From Folioceros fuciformis (taxonomy: Eukaryota), in the NCBI GenBank assembly GCA_049999805.1, contig JBNGIO010005937.1, positions 86,683 to 125,234 on the forward strand: a stretch of DNA of 38,552 nucleotides, given 5' to 3'. Shown piece by piece: positions 32,340 to 38,552 of the stretch; position 1 is the first letter of the stretch, and the number at the start of each line of letters is the position of its first letter. The position numbers and the translations under genes are program-made. The notes under the pieces were generated by a model. The model had not been told where the DNA came from. It saw nothing but the letters and a program-made list of their open reading frames with translations, and ran no database searches.

Positions 32340-34541
32340 ATGGCGCCGTTGGACCTTTGGGACCTGGTAACAAGGCTGTGGAGCAGGTGGCGTCGTCCCA
32401 GTGATGATCTCTCGGTTTCCGCCAGGCTGTTGCAAAACCTGGATCTGCCTCCTCACACTGCTTCCTTCGTTTTGGCTTTGGAAGTGCCGCAATCGCCTGG
32501 CTCTGTGGTGTATGTGTTGGTTGCGCAGCAGCTATCGGAGAGGTCTGCTTCGGACGCCGAGAAGCTCATTGCAGCGGTGCACCCTAAGCTTGTGGTTGCA
32601 CAGATAGAAGCTAATTCCTTGTTAGATCTGCTGCAAGAGGAGGCCGATTATGAACAGGTGTCCTTGCCCTTGTCGATCTTCGACGTCATTAAAGCACGCT
32701 TTTTGGATGATGCCAGGTTTGAGGATGCAGCTGGCACTTCTGTAGTGAGGGCAATTTTTGGCACGGGTTTTTTCGGTCATGTGATTGCTGCAAAGCATGC
32801 TGCGGCGCTGGCCAAGTCTACATTCTTTTATTTGGAAGATCCATTCAGGGAGCAGGCAGCTTCTAACCCTGCTGAGGGTGACGCTTCCTCCTCTTCTGAC
32901 GCTGGAGGCTCACCAGATATAGGTGGCGCAATTGAGAATGGCATTCAGGCGGGAAACCAGGCACCCTCGAACGGAGATGCATCCTGTCAAGGACATGAAG
33001 GTCCAGCTCACGCTTCGTCAGCCTTCGTGCAGACACCTGCCACTTCTCAGGGTACTTGTTCTTTGCCATCGGAGACGAGCAGTAAATCTCTCAAGGGGAC
33101 CTCACTGTCAGCAAACGGTGCGGGATCATCTTCTAGCTCAGATACACATAGTGCACAAGACCTTCCGCGGGGAACCAGGAGGCGGGAATTAGACGACCGT
33201 TTGCAAGGAAACCTTCAAAATTCTTTCATCTCAGGATCAACAGGCACGTTTTCAGGAGCTTGTGTTGGTAACCCTAGGCGGGTATTATCAGGGTCAACGT
33301 TGGCTGACTTCAAGGCTTTGTCTCCCATCCTATCTTCTTCCATCGCTCATGCTAAGTCCGAGTCTACGCTGGTGGACAGTGAACCCGCTGAGGATAATGT
33401 TGAAACTGCTGTTTATGTCTGTCCTGCCTTTGCTCTTCCTTTAGATCCTTGGCTTACTGGTCTACATGAGCTGTACAAGGGGCTTCCTGGCATGCGGCAG
33501 GCTCTGGTGGTCACCCGAAAGATGTTGACAGCTATTGAGAGTGGCCAAGAAGTGAGTCCAGGTGATCTTGCTGAGGCTCGTTCTTTTCGTGTTGCTGTTG
33601 AAGCAATTCGATTGGCACGGAACAGGGATGCAAGAACCCCACCGAAACTTGAGCCAAACGCAGGATCAAGTGCCAATGGCTTGGACTTTATGGAACTCCC
33701 TTATCTAGAACAATGCAATGTCCTGTTGGCCCAAGCGCTACAACAGCAGGCTCGGAAATTTGGGTCAGTTGTGGCCATCATGGATGCTGGCTGTGTCGCC
33801 CAAATACGAAAACACTGGTGTACTCCTGTTCCTTCAGAGTTTGCCGCTGCAGTCGACAGCTTCTTCATTCCCTTAGAGACAAACACGGATGAGGGTGCGC
33901 ATCACATCAAGCTTCTGGATAAGCAAGAGACTACAGCCGTTGTTGTTGTTGGTGCTGGGGCAGCAGCAGCTGTTGGTCTGGCCTCCATCTCTCATTGGGC
34001 CCCAGTCCCCACAGTAGTTAAGATTCTGACCTTCAAGATCCCGACTTTTGTGAAGTTAGGTTTGCTTTCTGCAAAACGAAGTGCGGCAGTCATGCTAACA
34101 AATGTTGTAGCTCCAGCTGCAAAGGCCGTGGTACCTTCTGTTCAGGCAGTTGCAGCTCCTAGCAAGGCAATTTTTGCTCCTGTCACGAAGTTGGGGACGT
34201 CAACAAAGATATCCAGCGCCTTGAAGACATTTGCCAGCGCCGAGAAAACTAGAGCAGCAGCCAGATCTGTAGTAGCAGCCGCTGAAAGGGCATCTCTCTC
34301 TGCGATACGGACGGGCTTTTATAGTGTCATGAGGAATAGACAAGGCAAAAGCGCTGGAGCAAGACCCTGGTTGATCTTTGCGGGCAGTGTTGTAGCAGGT
34401 TCAAGTGTTTGGTTTTGCGGAGATGGTATTGAGAGAGTCATCGCTGACCTTCCTTCTGCTGCAAAACTCTCTCGACTAGGCCGTGGTCTTGAGAACCTGC
34501 GTATTGCTGCCTCCCGTTTACAAGAACTTGAAACTCTTTGA
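32340..34541 (+). CDS. Conserved uncharacterised plant protein with degenerate TraB-like motifs and C-terminal hydrophobic segments, single exon
   Basis: 733-aa ORF; VVYVLVAQQLSERSASDAEKLIAAVHPKLVVAQI and LLAQALQ..SVVAIMDAGCVAQIRKHW; hydrophobic stretches near the C-terminus. Confidence 0.8.
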   Translation: MAPLDLWDLVTRLWSRWRRPSDDLSVSARLLQNLDLPPHTASFVLALEVPQSPGSVVYVLVAQQLSERSASDAEKLIAAVHPKLVVAQIEANSLLDLLQEEADYEQVSLPLSIFDVIKARFLDDARFEDAAGTSVVRAIFGTGFFGHVIAAKHAAALAKSTFFYLEDPFREQAASNPAEGDASSSSDAGGSPDIGGAIENGIQAGNQAPSNGDASCQGHEGPAHASSAFVQTPATSQGTCSLPSETSSKSLKGTSLSANGAGSSSSSDTHSAQDLPRGTRRRELDDRLQGNLQNSFISGSTGTFSGACVGNPRRVLSGSTLADFKALSPILSSSIAHAKSESTLVDSEPAEDNVETAVYVCPAFALPLDPWLTGLHELYKGLPGMRQALVVTRKMLTAIESGQEVSPGDLAEARSFRVAVEAIRLARNRDARTPPKLEPNAGSSANGLDFMELPYLEQCNVLLAQALQQQARKFGSVVAIMDAGCVAQIRKHWCTPVPSEFAAAVDSFFIPLETNTDEGAHHIKLLDKQETTAVVVVGAGAAAAVGLASISHWAPVPTVVKILTFKIPTFVKLGLLSAKRSAAVMLTNVVAPAAKAVVPSVQAVAAPSKAIFAPVTKLGTSTKISSALKTFASAEKTRAAARSVVAAAERASLSAIRTGFYSVMRNRQGKSAGARPWLIFAGSVVAGSSVWFCGDGIERVIADLPSAAKLSRLGRGLENLRIAASRLQELETL

Positions 34542-34852
34542 GAGATGGCGTGGGGGGGGGGTGGGGGGCCCGTTGTTGTTTACACTGTACATTCCGAGGT
34601 GATGCTGGTCGAACTTAGGGCCGTCAGAGCGCATTGAATATCGAATTTATGGAACAACGGCCGTTTGCTAAGCAGCTTTGTGTTTGTTCAGGTCCCTTCC
34701 CTTGGATCTGCTCTCCTCACGGAATGCAACCTGACAATTAACCAGCAGTCAATAACCCTCTCGTTGCTTTCAACCCGTAATCACGTGAAAGGCAGTTCAC
34801 TGACAAGTGGAAATTTTTTCTGTGTCTGTCTTAAACGTTGCAGTACTCGTCT

Positions 34853-36717
34853 CTATGCCCAGGTGCGTGGGCACCTCAACACGTCGAGCAACCTAGCTTC
34901 GTCAGATGCAGACTCGGGTACAAAGTTGTACTTCCATGCTGCCAACGGAGGTGCTGCAAAGTGCAGGCACTGATTAGAAATGGGATTCTGAGCTGAAAAG
35001 ACGTGAAAGGAGTAAATTAAGCATGAATGCACACCAGAAACCATGATGGACTCAATTCGCCCGCCATCAAGTCCAAACTTCACCCCCCGGTCATAGAGAA
35101 GATTGAACTCCAAGTATCGCCCTCGACGAAGTAGCTGCCATTGCCTTTCTCTCTCCCCATACTGCTTTCTGTTTCTCTTCTCTGCAATCGGCAAAAAGCT
35201 GGGCATGAACCCGCTTGCAACTTCTCTAACAAACGAGTAAACCTTCTCCAGTGATTCCATGTTATCAGTTTCCCCAATCATTCTGTCAAGATCGTCAAAA
35301 AAGATGCCTCCTATCCCTCTGTGTTCTTTCCTAGCGGGAAGGAAGAAGTAAGAGTCACATGCTGTTTTACAGTGCTGATATAGATCAGGGTGGTACTTGT
35401 CACAGATTTGCTTGTAGAAAGAATGGAAACTCCTAGCATCTTCCTCTATAAGATCTGTGAACATGCGTTGACAAAACATGCATCAAACTGTGCCTCAATC
35501 AAGCCAACTTCATCAAGGAGGAAATAACCAGTGCTGTTGATGTGAGAGGAGCATACAGCATGGAGTGACGTCTGCACCGCCTCCAAACCAACCAGGCCCT
35601 CCTTCTACCTAACGAGAAGCACACACAACCTCAAAATGTGTCAGCAGGTTGCACGCATGTCATGCCAACCACAAACATGCAAGGTACTCTCTGATTAATG
35701 GAGGCATTGTTACCTGAAAGTAGCGCACGTCAGAACGAAACGTTGGCACATAAGGATTACAAGGATGGAAAACCAGTGAGATTGCACCCGCAAAATATCC
35801 ATCACCAGCCTGAACTGGCCGACCTCTTGAGCTCATTGCCTGCTGAAGAAGATACGTAGGTGAACAAAGAGCCTCAAAGAGAGCGAACTGTGACTTGTCA
35901 CAGACAAGAGCATAAGGAGCACAAGCACACCTGCCTTGGACCGTGTCTCTGAAAGTTGCCCTTGAATAATTGAAATATTGGTAGCTGCCTTTTCCAACAG
36001 ATTACCACCTTCCATCACCCTTGTGATGCCGTATCTGTACATAAACACATTCCTGTCAGACCACGGAAAGGCAGCCTCGTAGTTTTGAATCTATTTAACA
36101 TCTCCAAGGTACCAAGCAACAAGCTCAATCGAACAAACAGATCAGCACAGTGAAACGGGCAAAAGGGCAGAAATTGAAGGGCCAGATATTCTTGTCCTAC
36201 CCACTAGAAGCATCATTTCCTCTTTGCCACTTATCGAAGGAAAAAGTCTTGCCACTGCTGTCAGCTTCCGCAGCCTGCCATGTAGGCAGAGGAGATAAAG
36301 TCACACAATCCAGTTGTGAAAACCCAGAGAGAGGTCGACGACTCCCACTATGAAGGTGATGAATCTAGTTGCTGGCCTAACTCCGGGGGTTACATTCTAC
36401 GAGTTCACGGCCAGGCCAGTAACTGTGCATTAGCAAGTATTTGAAACTTGATTCGATTCGTCCACAGTAGGCTTGAGCCGAAGACATCATACCGCAATGC
36501 AAATCGATTCCTGCAACGTCAGGAGAAAATCTTCAAAATGCTGTTTGGAGAAGGAAGCGGGACACGGTTGCGACCGTGCGGGTGCCCCACCCAATGACTT
36601 GCAGCGAACATAGAGAAGCGGCCCACGATGAGGAGATGGACAGCACTTCCTCTCACACCGTTCAATGCCCACACCAGGTCGCGAGAAGTAGCCATTGAGG
36701 CGGACGGTAGCAGCCAT
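34853..36717 (-). CDS. HEMF: Oxygen-dependent coproporphyrinogen III oxidase, 7 exons, transit-peptide-like N-terminus
   Basis: GITRVMEGGNLLEKA, SLVFHPCNPYVPT, WFGGGADVTP, CDSYFFLPARKEHRGIGGIFFDD, QLLRRGRYLEFNLLYDRGVKFGL, RIESIMVS|APP; alternative start 36732. Confidence 0.95.
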
Positions 36718-37073
36718 GGCTATGCAGTTCATCGCTCCGTCGAGTGGGGACTGTTGAATCTGCGACTGGTTCACAACGAAAAGTAACAGTTCGTCGTTCC
36801 TGAGCATAGTTGACTGCGGAACAGCTCTCTTACGGCGCAGTTCGGACTGCGTCTTTTTTAACTTAAGCCGCCGTTCCATATGGGACAAAGTGTCCCACCC
36901 CTTTTCGCGGGCCGCATTTCTAACAGTCATTATTATTATACGGGATAATTAAATTGCTCATGAGTAAAGCTCACTGTGGCCAATGTCCTTCCTTTTGCCC
37001 TGGAGCCTCTAATTTCTTCCCACTCTCTTGGTTGTTTAGGATTTGGGCACTTGTGCGCACACCATGGACTATG

Positions 37074-37098
37074 TTAGGGTTTAGGGTTTAGGGTTTAG
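37074..37098 (+). repeat. Short interstitial plant-telomere repeat (TTTAGGG)n
   Basis: ttaggg tttaggg tttaggg tttag. Confidence 0.85.
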
Positions 37099-38141
37099 CA
37101 CCCAGTCACGCCATGCTTGTGCAATGTTGTTGAGCCAAAGGTAAAAAATCTTCAACAATACTCTGTTGAAGTTGGCCCTCAAATTAACATAAATTAGGCC
37201 CTCATTAAAAAATCCTTTAAAGGTCCACTGAAATTAAGTAATTCCATCTTGCTCAAGGCTCAGGTCCATTTCATCTTTTGCCATCCTAATTTATTGATTT
37301 GGTTGACCCTAATACTTGAGTTAGTATTTTTTGAGTTTCAATCTTTTTTAGTTGATCTCCATTCTATAGGCTTTCTGTTTTCCCTCGTAAACAGAGCTGC
37401 ACTTGGACATAGATTAGTTAGTGATTTCAAAGTAGTAGTCAAAGTCCAGGTATCAACAAGCTAGGAGACACGATTGCATACATTGTACACATGAGGCCTT
37501 CCTTGCGCACACAAATAATTCGCCTCCAACCTCTCTAGTGTGCACATGTACATGCCAAGCTTTCTTGGAGCACATATAAAGCGCAACAGAGCTTATTGGT
37601 GCGCATAAGTATACACAACACAACCCTATGGCGCACATTTCAACTTACCAGATATCATAAATAGTCTATACGAGCACAACATGTAAGATCCTGGACAGAT
37701 AAGTTCATGTGATTAGCTAAACAGGGCATGTACTTGGGTGCGCCTGGACTAGTAGGATGTGCACATAGGTCTCTTGTGTAAGACATACTAGGGATAACAA
37801 AATACCAAGATTGACACGAAAAGCTCTGACTAATATTATGTTGCAAACTTCCCTACCTAGGTCCCACTTCCATTCTCTGCTTGGAGCCATTGGAGCTACA
37901 CCCAACATCATCACCCACAATGCCATAATCCAAAGCTACTAACTGCTCCTTGCTGTCATTCAGTTTGCAAGACCCCATGCCTCAAGCCCACTCTCTACAA
38001 GAGGCTGGGGAGCCGTTTGAGGTTGCCTATAATGTGGCTGAAGGGCCTTAGGCCTGAGGCTTAGAGACAAGACCTCGAGGTCTTCAAAGCGTGGAGCTGT
38101 GCGTGCTGGAGCTTTCACACCCTACAAGAGCCCCATGGCTC

Positions 38142-38179
38142 AGAGTCTAGAGCCCTTGATTAGAGTCTAGAGCCCTTGA
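38142..38179. repeat. Two-copy tandem repeat, 20-bp period
   Basis: agagtctagagcccttga at 38142-38159 and 38162-38179. Confidence 0.8.
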
Positions 38180-38552
38180 AGATTTAGAATATGAGGTGTC
38201 CAACATGGTAGGGGTTTAGAGTCACCCCTGCTAATTTTAGATTTTCTTGCAATCATGCGCATACCTCAAGGAACACTAGGAATGTGAGTCATCTACAAAT
38301 GGTCTTACAACCAAAGAGAACCAAAGCGGACACAAGTTGGTGTGAAATTCCGTACACAGTCATTGGCTTTGTGACCATTGGAGGGCAAGCTTGGCATAGA
38401 TATTTGAAAGGGCAAGCTGGGCATAGCTGACAGGGCGGACGAGAGTGTAGCCAAGTCCTCAGGCGGACAGTGTGCAGCAGCAGTGTGCGGTGGTGTGATT
38501 ATGGGTGAGGAGCGAGGTGATGCTAAGTTAGGAGGCAGTGAGCAGCAGCAGG

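Noticed and set aside
34551-34568. G-run downstream of the TraB-like gene as a functional G-quadruplex
   Set aside because: A short homopolymer of uncertain length with no supporting evidence
37100-38552. Possible gene or transposase remnant at the window end
   Set aside because: Only short stop-riddled frames; nothing identifiable without a database search

Overview
Eukaryotic nuclear DNA from a gene-dense land plant genome with short GT-AG introns (mostly ~75-130 nt). It is most consistent with a compact non-seed plant such as a hornwort, which is an inference. There are 14 protein-coding genes: intronless NRAMP, RPL24, F-box/kelch, DPH7-like WD40, proteasome beta-1 (PBF1), EI24-like, PAP15/23-type purple acid phosphatase, JJJ1-like DnaJ, PADRE/DUF4228, PLS-class PPR, polyprenol reductase, RUG3-like RCC1, a TraB-like conserved protein and coproporphyrinogen III oxidase. 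A probable 15th gene encodes an orphan Ser/Pro-rich protein. The most unusual non-genic structure is at 3515-6989: two ~480-bp inverted arms that reconstruct to a ~1-kb spacer-less palindrome (foldback element). A 2.4-kb insertion bracketed by a 24-bp direct duplication interrupts it at its symmetry axis, and a 41-bp unit is triplicated at the left end. The window also has a 20-bp minisatellite, an interstitial telomeric repeat and two 100-N assembly gaps. All family calls come from motif recognition by eye, not database searches.
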